A stretch of DNA of 45,455 nt from an uncultured Rhodobacteraceae bacterium (GTDB taxonomy: Bacteria > Pseudomonadota > Alphaproteobacteria > Rhodobacterales > Rhodobacteraceae), in contig CAXMPY010000001.1 in assembly GCA_964195275.1 (NCBI GenBank), forward strand, positions 1-45,455, in the 5' to 3' direction. The notes under the pieces were generated by a model. That model worked only from the letters and a program-made list of their open reading frames with translations. It ran no database searches and had not been told where the DNA came from. Of this stretch, positions 1 to 11,726 are shown in pieces (positions within the stretch are counted from its first letter, which is position 1; each line of letters begins with the position of its first letter). A program made the position numbers and the translations under genes.

Positions 1-1304
1 AACGTTTCTGTATAACCCAAGGTCTGGCGGATGCGTTCAAGCGCGTCTAAACGGCTGCGATGATTGGCCAACTGAATGGCCGAAATTGCGATTAAGCGCT
101 GCGACAGTGCGGCCATACTTTCCGCCTTTTGCGCGATATCTTTCATCAGCAAATCTGCCCGCAACCGAGCGGTGCGTTCTTCATAGCGGCGTTTGGCTTC
201 CTGGGTTAGGCGCAGGATTGTTTGCGGGCGAATGGCGGCGCTGATCTCACTAAGTTTAACGCGTTTGTTTTGGGTGACGGATTGCAGCGCTGCGGGCAAT
301 CGTTCTACCACCCGGTCAAGCCGTTGGTTGGCGTTGTCCAGCAGGGTTTCCCGTTTTGGTATGGCTCGGGCAATATCGCGCAGTCGTTGCCCACGAGAAG
401 TTATCCCCTGGCCGACGGCGCGCGCGAGGCGGCTTTCCTGTTCCGTCGTCCAAGTCAACAGATCAAGGCGTACTGGCACTGCCAGTTCTGCGGCCGCCGT
501 GGGTGTGGGCGCGCGCTTGTCCGAAACATAGTCGATCAGCGTGGTATCCGTTTCATGGCCAACCGCGGAAATCAGCGGGATGTGCGAACCAAAGGCGGCG
601 CGGACAACGATTTCTTCGTTAAAGCCCCAAAGATCCTCGATCGCGCCACCACCGCGCGCGACAATCAAAAGATCCGGGCGTGGTAAAGAACCGCCGGGTG
701 TCATAGCGTTAAAACCGGCAATGGCAGCCGCCACTTCGGGCGCGCATTTCTGGCCCTGCACAGCCACCGGCCAAATCAACACCTTACGCGGGAACCGGTC
801 ACGCAGCCGATGCAAAATATCGCGGATAACAGCGCCAGAAGGTGACGTGATGACGCCGATAACATCTGGCAGATACGGGATCGGTTTCTTTTGTTCAGGC
901 GCGAACAGCCCCTCTGCTTCAAGTGCCTTTTTGCGTTTTTCCAACATCGCCATCAGGGCGCCAGCCCCGGCGGGTTCGATATTTTCCACGATCATCTGAT
1001 ACCGCGACTGCCCTGGAAATGTGGTCATCCGCCCGGTGGCGATCACTTCCATACCCTCTTCGGGTCGCACAGCCAAACGGGCCGCCTGCCCCTTCCAACT
1101 GACGGCAGCAATAACGGCGCGGTCGTCCTTTAGATCAAAATACAGGTGCCCCGAAGCCGGGCGTGAAACCCGGCCAATTTCACCGCGCACACGCACATGA
1201 CCAAATTCACCTTCGATGATTTTTTTGACCGCGCCCGAAATTTCCGAAACGGTGAATTCATGGACATTGTCGGGGGTTTCGGCATCTTCAAACAGGTCGG
1301 ACAT
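1..1304 (-). CDS. xseA: Exodeoxyribonuclease VII large subunit (partial; C-terminal end beyond the window edge)
   Basis: Not in the ORF track because it runs off the window. Minus-strand translation from ATG 1304..1302 reads [61 protein letters not shown]... and stays open to position 3 (...[16 protein letters not shown]). The OB-fold N-terminus and catalytic region are typical of XseA. It is divergent from purD, as in many alphaproteobacteria. Confidence 0.85.
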   Translation of the reverse strand, partial: MSDLFEDAETPDNVHEFTVSEISGAVKKIIEGEFGHVRVRGEIGRVSRPASGHLYFDLKDDRAVIAAVSWKGQAARLAVRPEEGMEVIATGRMTTFPGQSRYQMIVENIEPAGAGALMAMLEKRKKALEAEGLFAPEQKKPIPYLPDVIGVITSPSGAVIRDILHRLRDRFPRKVLIWPVAVQGQKCAPEVAAAIAGFNAMTPGGSLPRPDLLIVARGGGAIEDLWGFNEEIVVRAAFGSHIPLISAVGHETDTTLIDYVSDKRAPTPTAAAELAVPVRLDLLTWTTEQESRLARAVGQGITSRGQRLRDIARAIPKRETLLDNANQRLDRVVERLPAALQSVTQNKRVKLSEISAAIRPQTILRLTQEAKRRYEERTARLRADLLMKDIAQKAESMAALSQRLIAISAIQLANHRSRLDALERIRQTLGYTET

Positions 1305-1375
1305 GGGTGCGCCTTGTGGATTGGTTTGGGCAAGTCTAGAACGCCCACAACTGAAGGCCAAGGGGGCGGGTCGCG

Positions 1376-2641
1376 ATGAATATCCTGATATTAGGTGGCG
1401 GCGGGCGGGAACATGCGCTGGCCTGGGCTATCGTGCAAAACCCGAAATGTGACCGGTTGATCGTGGCCCCGGGCAATGCCGGAATTGCCGCAATTGCAGA
1501 CTGCGCTGATCTGGACATCATGGATGGCGGCGCGGTTGCCAATTTTGCAGCGGCGAACTCGGTCGATTTTGTGATTGTTGGACCAGAGGCACCGCTGGCC
1601 GCTGGCGTGGCGGATCGGTTGCGTGAAGCAGGATTATTGACATTTGGTCCAAATGCTGCGGCGGCGAAACTGGAAGCCTCAAAGCGATTTACCAAAGAGA
1701 TTTGCAGCGCCGTTGATGCGCCAACGGCGGCTTATACGCGCTTTGTGACCGCCCAAGCAGCCAAAGATTATATCCGGTCCCAAGGCACGCCAATTGTCAT
1801 AAAAGCCGATGGTCTGGCCGCCGGTAAAGGCGTGGTTGTGGCGCTGGACGAGCCGACCGCCATTGCGGCGATTGATGACATGTTTGGCGGAGGCTTCGGC
1901 GACGCCGGTGCAGAGGTGGTGATCGAAGATTTCATGCAAGGCGAAGAGGCCTCATATTTCGTGTTAGTTGATGGTGAAACAGTCTTGCCGATTGGCACCG
2001 CACAGGACCATAAACGCGTCTTTGACGGCGATACCGGGCCAAATACCGGCGGTATGGGGGCCTATTCACCCGCGCCTGTTTTAAGCGATGCGGTGGCAGC
2101 CAAAGCGATGGCTGAGATAATTTGCCCGACCATGGCCGAAATGGCGCGGCTTGGGACACCGTATCAGGGGGTGTTGTATGCGGGCCTAATGATTGAGAAT
2201 GGTCAGCCCCGGCTGGTGGAATATAACGTCCGGTTTGGGGATCCGGAATGTCAGGTGCTGATGATGCGGTTGGGCGGGCAGATTTTAGACCTGCTATTAG
2301 CCTGTGCCCAGGGGCGTCTGGACCAGGCAAAGGTGAGTTTCGCCAATGATCACGCCATTTCTGTTGTGATGGCCACAAATGGCTATCCGGGTGCCTATGA
2401 AAAGGGGTCGAACATTGGCGGATTATCTGAGATTGAAGCGGATAGTTTCCAGATGGTTTTTCACGCCGGAACGGCCGCGTCTGATGGGCAGGTTGTGGCC
2501 AATGGTGGCCGGGTGCTGAATGTGACCGCGCGCGCATCCAACCTGAGCGACGCCCGTGAACGGGCCTACAGCATGGTGGATCAAGTGGATTGGCCGGGCG
2601 GATTTAACCGGCGTGACATTGGCTGGCGGGCGCTGGATTAG
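1376..2641 (+). CDS. purD: Phosphoribosylamine--glycine ligase (GAR synthetase)
   Basis: 421-aa [22 protein letters not shown]...; ATP-grasp motifs and length are typical of PurD. Confidence 0.95.
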   Translation: MNILILGGGGREHALAWAIVQNPKCDRLIVAPGNAGIAAIADCADLDIMDGGAVANFAAANSVDFVIVGPEAPLAAGVADRLREAGLLTFGPNAAAAKLEASKRFTKEICSAVDAPTAAYTRFVTAQAAKDYIRSQGTPIVIKADGLAAGKGVVVALDEPTAIAAIDDMFGGGFGDAGAEVVIEDFMQGEEASYFVLVDGETVLPIGTAQDHKRVFDGDTGPNTGGMGAYSPAPVLSDAVAAKAMAEIICPTMAEMARLGTPYQGVLYAGLMIENGQPRLVEYNVRFGDPECQVLMMRLGGQILDLLLACAQGRLDQAKVSFANDHAISVVMATNGYPGAYEKGSNIGGLSEIEADSFQMVFHAGTAASDGQVVANGGRVLNVTARASNLSDARERAYSMVDQVDWPGGFNRRDIGWRALD

Positions 2642-2726
2642 CCGTCGGCAGCGCTGGTTTATAGAAATAATGGGGACTGTCTGCCCCCAAACCCCCGAGG
2701 ATATTTCTGAAAAGAAGAGGTTGAAA

Positions 2727-3469
2727 TCAGTTTTTGCAGGCGAGCGCACGTGCAAATGACCCTCGGTTTATGTGCGGGCCGAGGTTTGTGGTACTAAATC
2801 CCGAACCTCGCAAACGCACCGCCACAATCGATTTCCAACGGCTATCGGCAACAATCATTTCCGGGCCATTTTCGCAGACGCGAATGCCGCCAGCAATATT
2901 ATCTTCGCCGATACGATGGTTTGTGAAGCCGGGCAATTCGTCGACCAGTTTCAGCTTGCCGCCATTGATACGCCAAACGCGGATAGTTTTTGCCAGATGC
3001 GGGCGATCCACATAGGCGTATTCGATGCGGCCATCACCGTCCAGATCCGCCGCCCCAATTGGGGCCAGCCAGCGGTGGGTGCGGCCAATGAACGGGGTTG
3101 CCGCGATCAGGCCGCCCTCGTCATACAGCGCCAGACGAGCGCCCAGATCAAGATCGGTTTCCACGACCATAACGGCTGGGCCTGCGGCATCGTCCTGTCG
3201 GACAAGCCGCGGCGCGATATCTTCAAAAACCCGATTTTTAGTCAAACGCAAAACAAAGTCACGCACCTGTCGGACCTCGCAGCCCGGGCACATATCCACG
3301 GTCATGCGCAGTGCGCCCCATTCTATGGCGTCACCCAGGATGCCATGGTCATAGCGTGCTGTTGGTTCTTCGTACGTTGCACGCGTAGTGATGTTTGGCG
3401 GCGTGGCCCAGACAGTTTGCGCCAGCCCAGCCAGCGCCAATACCCAAATTGCCAGCGTCCGCGCGCGCA

Positions 3470-3470
<1 letters not shown>
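2727..3470 (-). CDS. Secreted VCBS/FG-GAP repeat-like protein
   Basis: 247-aa ORF with an N-terminal signal peptide (MRARTLAIWVLALAGLAQTVWA) and an ADLDGDGRIEYAY Ca-binding FG-GAP/VCBS-type motif. Its ATG overlaps the stop of the upstream ferredoxin gene (TGATG on the minus strand). Confidence 0.6.
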
Positions 3471-3793
<323 letters not shown>

Positions 3794-3957
3794 TCATTCG
3801 TCCTTTACCGTGCCGGATGGCAATAGGGGATGTTTACTGGATATTCCAGCCCCTGAAACTGGGGTGCATAAATGGGTAACTATTCGCCCATCGAACCGGT
3901 GACCGGCGGGATCAACACGGCCTGGATTTAGGTAAGTCTTATCACAAACCGGCCACC

Positions 3958-3981
3958 AAAAAGGGCGCCGTTTGGGCGCCC
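3958..3981 (-). terminator. Rho-independent terminator downstream of degP
   Basis: GGGCGCC (3963-3969) pairs with GGCGCCC (3975-3981) around a 5-nt loop. On the minus strand the hairpin is followed by TTTTT (3958-3962). It lies about 25 nt after the degP stop. Confidence 0.75.
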
Positions 3982-4005
3982 CTCTGCGGTTTCATATGGC
4001 CAAGA

Positions 4006-5475
4006 TCAACCAAGCCCCAGTGCCAAAAATCGGGGATCACCGGCCCGGCGCACAAGCAACAGCAGAGATTTTCTGCCAGCTTCTTTAGCGTCGGCAATAC
4101 GGGCCTCTAGTTCCTGAAGCGTATTGATTGATTGCTGACCCGCTTCGGTAATAAGATCACCTGCCCGCAACCCCTTTTCAAACGCTTCACTATCTTCGGC
4201 GACTTCCTTAACGACCAACCCAGTTGCATTTGGCGTAAGACCCAATTGTTCACGTAGTTCGTCGGTCATTTCGGTAACCGTCAGGCCCATCAGATCTTTT
4301 TCGGTTGGTGTTTCATCCGCAGGTGCAGAGGCGGGAATAGCAGTTGCCTCGGCCTCTTCGCGCCGGCCTAATGTCACCAGCAATGTCTGGGTGCCGCCGT
4401 CGCGAAAAACAACAACGCGCACAGCTTTGCCCACGGGTGCATAGCCAACAATGCGCACCAGTTCGCGGGTATCTTCAACATCGGTGCCATCAAATGAAAT
4501 GATAACATCGCCTGCCAATATTCCAGCTTCTTTACCTGGGCCATCGGGCACGTCTGTCACCAGCGCGCCAGCAACTGTTTCAAGACCAATCGCTTCGGCG
4601 ACGTCATCAGTAACATTCTGAATACGCACACCCAGCCAACCACGCCGCGTTTCGCCAAATTCCTGTAACTGATCCACAACGCGGCCAACCACGTTTGACG
4701 CCATCGAAAATCCGATGCCGATCGAGCCACCGGTTGGTGACAAGATCGCTGTATTCACGCCAATAACTTCGCCGTTCATATTGAACAAAGGACCACCCGA
4801 GTTGCCGCGGTTGATTGCGGCGTCGGTTTGAATAAAGTCATCATAGCTGCCCGAAAGGGCGCGGCCACGGGCCGACACGATACCAGCAGAGACCGAAAAA
4901 CCCTGGCCAAGTGGGTTACCAACGGCCAAGACCCAATCGCCAACGCGCATGATGTCACTGTCGCCAAAGGACACAAACGGCAGCGGTATGTCGCTTTCAA
5001 CTTTCAAAACCGCAATGTCGGTATTTGGGTCGGTTCCAACAATTATCGCCGGAAGTTCTACGCCCGAGAAAAATTCGATCCGTATTTCATCGGCACCGGC
5101 AATCACGTGGTTGTTGGTGACAATAAAACCATCCTCAGAAATCACAAAACCGGATCCCAGGGCCTGGCTGCGCCGTGGGCGGCGGTTTGGCGATTGTCCA
5201 TCGCGATCTTGAAAATCACGGAACAGATCCTCGAAAGGCGACCCTTCAGGCACCGTTGGACCTTCGCCGGTTGCCGCGGCAATCGTGGTAGACGTCGTTA
5301 TATTCACCACGGCCGGGCTGCTTTGTTCTGCCAAATCAGCAAAACTTTCGGGCGCGCCAAATGCTTGGGTTGCCAGGGTCTGCGCGATCACCATAGCCAT
5401 TGCGATGATTAGTATCCAAATTCCGTGAACAACATTAACCTGTTGAACGGAAATAGTTTTTGCCTGAGGTTTCAC
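4006..5475 (-). CDS. degP: Periplasmic serine endoprotease DegP/DegQ (HtrA family, two PDZ domains)
   Basis: Trypsin-like core with the GNSGGPL active-site motif followed by two PDZ-like regions. I place the start at GTG 5475, preceded by AAGGAGG with a 4-nt spacer. The ORF-track TTG at 5520 has no comparable RBS. Confidence 0.9.
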   Translation of the reverse strand: MKPQAKTISVQQVNVVHGIWILIIAMAMVIAQTLATQAFGAPESFADLAEQSSPAVVNITTSTTIAAATGEGPTVPEGSPFEDLFRDFQDRDGQSPNRRPRRSQALGSGFVISEDGFIVTNNHVIAGADEIRIEFFSGVELPAIIVGTDPNTDIAVLKVESDIPLPFVSFGDSDIMRVGDWVLAVGNPLGQGFSVSAGIVSARGRALSGSYDDFIQTDAAINRGNSGGPLFNMNGEVIGVNTAILSPTGGSIGIGFSMASNVVGRVVDQLQEFGETRRGWLGVRIQNVTDDVAEAIGLETVAGALVTDVPDGPGKEAGILAGDVIISFDGTDVEDTRELVRIVGYAPVGKAVRVVVFRDGGTQTLLVTLGRREEAEATAIPASAPADETPTEKDLMGLTVTEMTDELREQLGLTPNATGLVVKEVAEDSEAFEKGLRAGDLITEAGQQSINTLQELEARIADAKEAGRKSLLLLVRRAGDPRFLALGLG

Positions 5476-5629
5476 TGCATCCTCCTTGTTTTTGATGCGC
5501 TGACCGTAACCGGTCAGCAATTACGTGTTGTGTTCTTGCAATTTAGATAGGGCCAAAATCGGCGGACGCAAACAAGATTACACCCAGATCAATAGGAAGT
5601 GAAAATACTGAAAATTTCGTGATAATTTT

Positions 5630-5824
5630 TCAAACTCCCATAATTTTTGCCAGCCAGATCAGAAAAACACCGACCGCCAGGCTGGCCAAACCAATCGCGC
5701 GGCGACTTTCAGGCTTTAGGTTTTTCAACATCTGAAGCACGTCTTCCAGACGCGAAGGGGCCAGTGCGAACACCAGCCCCTCAACCGTCAATACCAGCCC
5801 AACGGCCAGGATTAGTGTGCTCAT
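5630..5824 (-). CDS. DUF2065-family small membrane protein
   Basis: 64-aa two-TM ORF (MSTLILAVGLVLTVEGLVFALAP...). It sits between hflC and degP, the usual position of DUF2065 in proteobacteria, and overlaps the hflC stop by 4 nt. Confidence 0.7.
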   Translation of the reverse strand: MSTLILAVGLVLTVEGLVFALAPSRLEDVLQMLKNLKPESRRAIGLASLAVGVFLIWLAKIMGV

Positions 5825-6693
5825 TGCAGCGGCGTGTCGGTCTTGAAGTAGTCAAAGAATTCGCTGTCAGGCGAAATGACCAGCGATGAATTTGACCCAC
5901 GCAGCGACTTTTCATACGCCGCAAGCGAGCGATAGAATGCAAAGAATTCAGGGTCTCTGCCGAAGGCTTCGGCAAAAATCGCGTTTCTTTTCGCGTCTGC
6001 TTCACCGCGCGCAATGTCTGAATTTTTTTGCGCAACCGATACCGTTTCAACAACCGTACGATCTGCCAGGGCGCGAACACGTTGCGCCGCTTCGTTACCG
6101 CGCGCAATCTCATCCGCGGCTTCGCGTTCACGTTCAGCCCGCATCCGTTCAAACGTCGCTGCCAAGTTTTGTTCCGGCAGATCGGCGCGTTTGATCTTAA
6201 CATCGACGATTTCTACGCCCAAAGCCGAAGCTTGCGCACGGGCCTGACGGGCGATCTGGATCATCAAAGCGACCCGGTCAGCAGACAGAACTGCGCCTGA
6301 ATCCACGCCACCCAGTACTTCACGAAGTTCAGCGTTTAGGATGCGTTCAAGACGTGGTCGCGCGGTTTCAATACCGCCAGCACCAACGGCGCGGCGAAAC
6401 TGAACCGGATCAGCGATACGCCAGCGCGCAAAAGCATCCACCACAAGCCGACGATCATCGGCTGGCGTGACTTCCAAAGGCTGCGTATCCAACGGTAGGA
6501 TGCGGTCATCATATTTGATGACTTCCTGGATAAGCGGGATTTTAAAGGCCAGACCGGGATCAGTTATCACATTCTTGACTTCACCAAATTGCAGCACCAG
6601 CGCCTTTTCCCGTTCATCGACGATAAAGACCGCCGAAAAAATTATTGCAATAATGATGGCCAGTGCGGGTAGGATAAATGTTGTTTTACGCAT
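5821..6693 (-). CDS. hflC: Protease modulator HflC (SPFH/band-7)
   Basis: SPFH-domain protein with an N-terminal TM (MRKTTFILPALAIIIAIIF). The start is chosen at ATG 6693, which abuts the hflK stop (6695-6697). Confidence 0.9.
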   Translation of the reverse strand: MRKTTFILPALAIIIAIIFSAVFIVDEREKALVLQFGEVKNVITDPGLAFKIPLIQEVIKYDDRILPLDTQPLEVTPADDRRLVVDAFARWRIADPVQFRRAVGAGGIETARPRLERILNAELREVLGGVDSGAVLSADRVALMIQIARQARAQASALGVEIVDVKIKRADLPEQNLAATFERMRAEREREAADEIARGNEAAQRVRALADRTVVETVSVAQKNSDIARGEADAKRNAIFAEAFGRDPEFFAFYRSLAAYEKSLRGSNSSLVISPDSEFFDYFKTDTPLQ

Positions 6694-6694
6694 C

Positions 6695-7828
6695 TTAATT
6701 GCTCCCGCCAGAATTGGATTTCCGCAGCTCATTCAACGGCAGATACGGGACAACGCCCTGCCCTCCTTGTGCGGTTGGGTCGATGATTATCTTATCAACA
6801 CTGCTGAAAACCCGTTCGATGGTTTCCAGATATAGCCGTTTTCGGGTGACCTCGGGCGCCTTTACGTATTCGGTATAAACCGCAATAAAGCGCGACGCTT
6901 CACCTTCGGCCTGATTGACCACTTGGGCACGGTAACCTTCGGCCTGTTCCAGCAGCTGGGCCGCAGAACCTCGGGCCTCGGCGACCACACGGTTCGCGTA
7001 GGCGTCAGCTTGCTTTTCCAGCGTATCGCGGGTTTGCTCGGCGGCTTGAACTTGACGGAAACTGTCAATCACTTCACGCGGTGGATCGGCTTTGTCAAAG
7101 TTTACACGGACAATGTTGATGCCACTTTCATAACCATCAAGTGTTGACTGGATCAGATCCTGTAGTTCCTGGGCAATGACACCACGATCCCGGTTCAAGA
7201 TCGGTGCCAGCAAGGAACGGGCGATAATTTCACGCATCGCCGATTCAGAAACCGCACGAATGGTTTCCTGTGGTCCTGCGATATTAAACAGGAATTTCGA
7301 TGCGTCGTTAATATTCCACACAACCTGGAAATCAATATCAACGATGTTTTCATCACCTGTCAGCATCAGCCCTTCGTCAGACCGGCTGCCGCGTCCAACA
7401 CCGATATCTTCGGTATTCTCACGTGTGACTGCCAGAATTTCAGCGGTAACCACGGGCCACGGTGCGAAATTCAAACCCTCTGTGCCGGTCGAGGAATATT
7501 TCCCAAACAGCAATTCGACAGATTGTTCCGACGTATCCACCCGATAAAATGAGGAGAACAGCCAAAGCGCAATAATTGCAAGGACACCAATGCCAAGCGT
7601 GCCACGGGTGAACCGCGGGCCGCCACCAGAACCACCTTCTTTACCATTGCCACCACGACCGCCCATCAGAACGCGCAGTTGTTCCTGACCTTTCTTCACG
7701 ATCTGGTCGATGTCGGGGATCTGTGGATCGTTTGGTCGCTGCCCGCCTGGACGCTTTTCGTCTCCGCCGTTCTGGTCGCCGCGATCGTCGCCGCCGCCGC
7801 CCCACGGTCCACCGTTGTTACTGGCCAT
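6695..7828 (-). CDS. hflK: Protease modulator HflK (SPFH/band-7)
   Basis: 377-aa ORF with a Gly-rich N-terminus, one TM and an SPFH domain, paired with hflC. Confidence 0.9.
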   Translation of the reverse strand: MASNNGGPWGGGGDDRGDQNGGDEKRPGGQRPNDPQIPDIDQIVKKGQEQLRVLMGGRGGNGKEGGSGGGPRFTRGTLGIGVLAIIALWLFSSFYRVDTSEQSVELLFGKYSSTGTEGLNFAPWPVVTAEILAVTRENTEDIGVGRGSRSDEGLMLTGDENIVDIDFQVVWNINDASKFLFNIAGPQETIRAVSESAMREIIARSLLAPILNRDRGVIAQELQDLIQSTLDGYESGINIVRVNFDKADPPREVIDSFRQVQAAEQTRDTLEKQADAYANRVVAEARGSAAQLLEQAEGYRAQVVNQAEGEASRFIAVYTEYVKAPEVTRKRLYLETIERVFSSVDKIIIDPTAQGGQGVVPYLPLNELRKSNSGGSN

Positions 7829-7890
7829 TTTGGGTCTTTCCTCTCACAATGTTTGCTTGCAGTGGTATTTGTGTATTTTCAGCGCGAATA

Positions 7891-9246
7891 TCAAGCTGTT
7901 CTTGTTGGTGTCTTCATTAACACAATTTCTTCGGACATGGTTGGGTGAACCGCAACCGTGCGATCAAAGTCTTCTTTGGTGGCCCCCATCTTGATGGCAA
8001 CGCCGGCCATTTGGATCAATTCGCCAGCACCGGGTGCGATGATATGGCAGCCAAGAACCTTACGGGTTTCGGTGCAAACGATCAATTTGAACATCACCCG
8101 TTCGGCCTGTTCAATGAAGCCGGTTTGCATCGGCACAAAGGCGGCCGAATACACCTCGATTGGGCATTCATCGCGCGCCTGTTCTTCGGTCATACCAACA
8201 GAACCGTATTCAGGCTGGGTGAAAACCGCTGAGGGCACAAGTTCGTGGTCCGGCTTGGTGGGGTTACCTTTAAAGACGGTTTCGACAAACGCCGCACCTT
8301 CACGGATCGCGACCGGCGTCAGGTTTATGCGGTCGGTTACGTCGCCCACGGCAAATACCGACGGCACAGAAGTTTGCGAATAGTCGTCGACAATAATCTC
8401 ACCGTTTCTGCCCAATTTGACGCCGATGTCCTCTAGACCTAGCCCAGAACTATTGGGCTTGCGCCCTGTCGCGTAGACCACCGCATCATATTCAACCGTT
8501 CGACCATCCGTCGACTTAACGGCAATACCGCTGTCAGTTTTTTCCATGCGTTCCACATCGCACCCGACATGCAATTCAATGCCGCGTCCTTGCATAAGTT
8601 CGGCGATATGACCACGCGCTTCGTCATCAAAACCACGCAGAATTTGTGCGCCACGATAATATTGCGTGGCCACCACACCCAGACCATTCAGGATGCAGGC
8701 AAATTCGCAAGCAATGTAGCCACCGCCAACGATAAGCACACGTTCGGGCAATTGTTCCATCAAAAAGACGTCGTTGGATGTCCAGGCCAGTTCACTGCCG
8801 GGAAATTCGGGCACAAAAGGCGCGCCACCGGTGGCCACCAAAATATGCTTGGCTGTAAAGTTCCGGCCGTCGGCCAGGGTAATTGTATGGGCGTCGGTGA
8901 TCACCGCCCGCTGGTCAAATACGTCGACACCGGGCTTGGCCAAATTCTTACGATAAATATTTTCAAGGTAATCCAGACTGTTGTGCAACCTTTTTCGAAA
9001 GGAAGGCCAGTCAAATTTGCCAATATTGATGTCCCAGCCAAATTTTGCGGCCTCGGCAGCTGCGGTCGAATATCCGGATGCGAACACCATCATCTTTTTG
9101 GGTATGCAGCCCCGGATTACACAGGTGCCACCCATGCGGTATTCTTCGGCCAACGCAACGCGCGCCCCGGTTTCCGCCGCAACGCGCCCGGCACGAACAC
9201 CGCCCGAGCCGCCGCCGATAATGAATAGATCATAGTCAAAAGCCAT
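7891..9246 (-). CDS. gor: Glutathione-disulfide reductase
   Basis: 451-aa ORF with the FAD-binding GGGSGG motif and the redox-active GGTCVIRGCIPKK motif characteristic of glutathione reductase-type pyridine nucleotide-disulfide oxidoreductases. Confidence 0.85.
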   Translation of the reverse strand: MAFDYDLFIIGGGSGGVRAGRVAAETGARVALAEEYRMGGTCVIRGCIPKKMMVFASGYSTAAAEAAKFGWDINIGKFDWPSFRKRLHNSLDYLENIYRKNLAKPGVDVFDQRAVITDAHTITLADGRNFTAKHILVATGGAPFVPEFPGSELAWTSNDVFLMEQLPERVLIVGGGYIACEFACILNGLGVVATQYYRGAQILRGFDDEARGHIAELMQGRGIELHVGCDVERMEKTDSGIAVKSTDGRTVEYDAVVYATGRKPNSSGLGLEDIGVKLGRNGEIIVDDYSQTSVPSVFAVGDVTDRINLTPVAIREGAAFVETVFKGNPTKPDHELVPSAVFTQPEYGSVGMTEEQARDECPIEVYSAAFVPMQTGFIEQAERVMFKLIVCTETRKVLGCHIIAPGAGELIQMAGVAIKMGATKEDFDRTVAVHPTMSEEIVLMKTPTRTA

Positions 9247-9271
9247 TTGGCCCCCTTAGCATCGTTTGGAT

Positions 9272-10054
9272 TCAGGTTGGGTCTCGGAAAATATTGCCGT
9301 CGGCATCGTTTGCCGCGTCACTCTCGGCGTCAGGGGCATCTAGTTCTTCCACGACAGCATTGCCATCCCCGTAACCGATCACAACCGCGTCACATATGTC
9401 GATAAACAGGCCATTTTCCACAATGCCAGGTATCTGGTTCAGGATCATCGACAATTGTCGTGGGTTTTCGATGCGATTTAAATGCAGGTCCAAGACGTGA
9501 TTACCTTCGTCAGTGACAAAAGGTTTGTCATTGTTCATGCGCAACGTGGTTTTCTGACCATCCATCCCCAACCCGATCAGTGTTTCTTCGATCAGAACCT
9601 GCGACGCCTGCCAGCCAAACGGGATCACCTCAACCGGCAGGGGAAATTTTCCCAACATTTCAACGCGTTTTGACGCATCGGCAATTAGCATCATCCGATC
9701 ACTGGCTGTCGCGACGATTTTTTCTTGTAGATGCGCACCACCGCCACCTTTGATCAGGGATAGATCTGCATCAAATTCGTCCGCGCCGTCTATTGTCAGG
9801 TCCAGCCAACGTGCTTCGGTCAGACTAACCACCTTTATTCCAACTTCGCGGGCCAATTCGGCCGTGCGGTCGGAAGTTGGCACTGCAATAATTTTCAATC
9901 CCTCATCACGCACCCGTTCGCCAAGGCATTTCACCAACCAGGCGGCGGTTGACCCGGTCCCCAACCCCACTTTCATCCCGGGCTCGACAAATTCACTTGC
10001 CCGTTTGGCAGCCGCAAACTTGGCTGTGTCGATGGGGGAAAGATTATCAGGCAT
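9272..10054 (-). CDS. rpiA: Ribose-5-phosphate isomerase A
   Basis: 260-aa ORF with the GLGTGSTA and DGADE motifs of RpiA, plus an acidic C-terminal tail. Confidence 0.9.
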   Translation of the reverse strand: MPDNLSPIDTAKFAAAKRASEFVEPGMKVGLGTGSTAAWLVKCLGERVRDEGLKIIAVPTSDRTAELAREVGIKVVSLTEARWLDLTIDGADEFDADLSLIKGGGGAHLQEKIVATASDRMMLIADASKRVEMLGKFPLPVEVIPFGWQASQVLIEETLIGLGMDGQKTTLRMNNDKPFVTDEGNHVLDLHLNRIENPRQLSMILNQIPGIVENGLFIDICDAVVIGYGDGNAVVEELDAPDAESDAANDADGNIFRDPT

Positions 10055-10217
10055 CGGGCAAACTTCCTTTTGTTGACGGTCTTATAGAAAGGTTGTTTGC
10101 GCGGCGCGAGCGAGAAATCCGTCCAGAACTACGTAACCGCAACAGGACATGTCGCATTAAGCATTGAATGGTGGTGCGACAGTAGGCAAACCGGTGCTAT
10201 CTAATCAGGGTGTGGTC

Positions 10218-11591
10218 ATGTTTCTTTCCGTTTTCGATATGTTCAAAGTCGGCATTGGCCCATCTTCTTCCCACACGATGGGGCCGATGGTCGCCGCCGG
10301 CCGGTTTCTGGATCTATTGCGCGCCTCGCCGTTTGCAGCCCACGGGCTGCGTGCGTCGTTGCATGGTTCGTTGGCCTTCACCGGGATTGGCCACGCGACC
10401 GACCGCGCCACAATTTTGGGGTTGGCTGGGTTTTTGCCCGAAACTTATGATCAGGCACGGGCGGATACGGCACTCGCCACAATCAAAACAGAAAAAAAGC
10501 TCACCCCAACTGGCCTTGGGCAACTGACGTTTGATCCCGATAGCGACATCAAATTTGACTACGGCCCGCCACTGCCGGGGCATGCCAACGGTATGATTCT
10601 GATGGCCACCGACACCCAGGGTGATGTTATCTTGCAGGAAACTTATTACTCGGTTGGCGGTGGCTTTGTAATGAGCGCAGCGGAATTAGAATCCGGGGCC
10701 GATACCGATGACGGGGCACCGGTACCCCACCCATTTTATTCAGCTGCCGAAATGCTGCTAATGTGCGGTCAAACTGGTGCATCCGTTGCCGGGCTGAAAC
10801 GCAACAACGAATTGTCGCGACTGGATCAAAAAACACTGGATGACGGGTTATTGCACATCTGGCAGGTCATGAACCGTTGCATCAATAAAGGCTTGAACAG
10901 CGACGGCATATTGCCCGGTGGCCTGAATGTGCGCCGACGCGCCAAATCGATCCATGATCAGCTACAGGCAGAACGGGGTATGAACCTGAACGCGCCGCAC
11001 ACAATCAACGATTGGATGAGCGTCTACGCCATGGCAGTGAACGAAGAAAACGCAGCTGGTGGCCAAGTGGTGACAGCACCAACAAATGGTGCGGCCGGGG
11101 TGATACCCGCGACGATCCGGTATTGGCTGGACCACGTCCCGGGCGCCTCTGAAAAAAATGTCGGTGACTTCCTGCTGACCGCGGCTGCGATTGGCGGTCT
11201 TATCAAACACAATGCATCGATTTCGGGAGCGGAATGTGGGTGTCAGGCCGAAGTCGGCTCGGCCTCGGCCATGTCTGCTGCAGGATTGGCGGCGGTGCTT
11301 GGCGGCACGCCTGCGCAAATCGAAAACGCCGCCGAGATTGCGCTTGAACATCATTTGGGCATGACCTGCGATCCGATTGCCGGGCTGGTGCAGGTGCCAT
11401 GCATCGAACGCAACGCACTGGGCGCGATCAAGGCAATCTCTGCCGCCTCGTTGGCCATGCGCGGTGATGGCACCCATTTGGTCCCATTGGACGCGGCCAT
11501 CGAAACCATGCGCCAGACCGGCATGGATATGAGCGAGAAGTACAAAGAAACCTCGCTTGGCGGGTTGGCGGTCAACGTGCCCAATTGCTGA
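10218..11591 (+). CDS. sdaA: L-serine ammonia-lyase (iron-sulfur dependent, single chain)
   Basis: Starts [23 protein letters not shown], the canonical SdaA N-terminus. The ATG at 10218 is preferred over the ORF-track start at 10164. Confidence 0.9.
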   Translation: MFLSVFDMFKVGIGPSSSHTMGPMVAAGRFLDLLRASPFAAHGLRASLHGSLAFTGIGHATDRATILGLAGFLPETYDQARADTALATIKTEKKLTPTGLGQLTFDPDSDIKFDYGPPLPGHANGMILMATDTQGDVILQETYYSVGGGFVMSAAELESGADTDDGAPVPHPFYSAAEMLLMCGQTGASVAGLKRNNELSRLDQKTLDDGLLHIWQVMNRCINKGLNSDGILPGGLNVRRRAKSIHDQLQAERGMNLNAPHTINDWMSVYAMAVNEENAAGGQVVTAPTNGAAGVIPATIRYWLDHVPGASEKNVGDFLLTAAAIGGLIKHNASISGAECGCQAEVGSASAMSAAGLAAVLGGTPAQIENAAEIALEHHLGMTCDPIAGLVQVPCIERNALGAIKAISAASLAMRGDGTHLVPLDAAIETMRQTGMDMSEKYKETSLGGLAVNVPNC

Positions 11592-11726
11592 ACGCAGGGT
11601 TTTATTCTTCTTTTGCTTAATATCCCTGTCTGCGGCACCCAGAGCCCCCTGAGGGGCGAGACATTAAAATGGCCCGGCACGGGCCGCCGTATTGTAAGTC
11701 AATTTTTCTGCACATAGCCTAGTGTA

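Noticed and set aside
193-1133. Several plus-strand ORFs of 80-154 aa at the window start
   Set aside because: They lie antisense to the xseA coding frame, which reads as a convincing ExoVII large subunit. Their translations are Arg/Ala/Ser-rich nonsense.
11661-11695. Hairpins after sdaA (GCCCC-CTGA-GGGGC at about 11644-11657 and GGCCCG-GCA-CGGGCC at 11672-11686) as a terminator
   Set aside because: Neither is followed by a U-tract on the plus strand. They may still contribute to termination, but I cannot support a confident terminator call.
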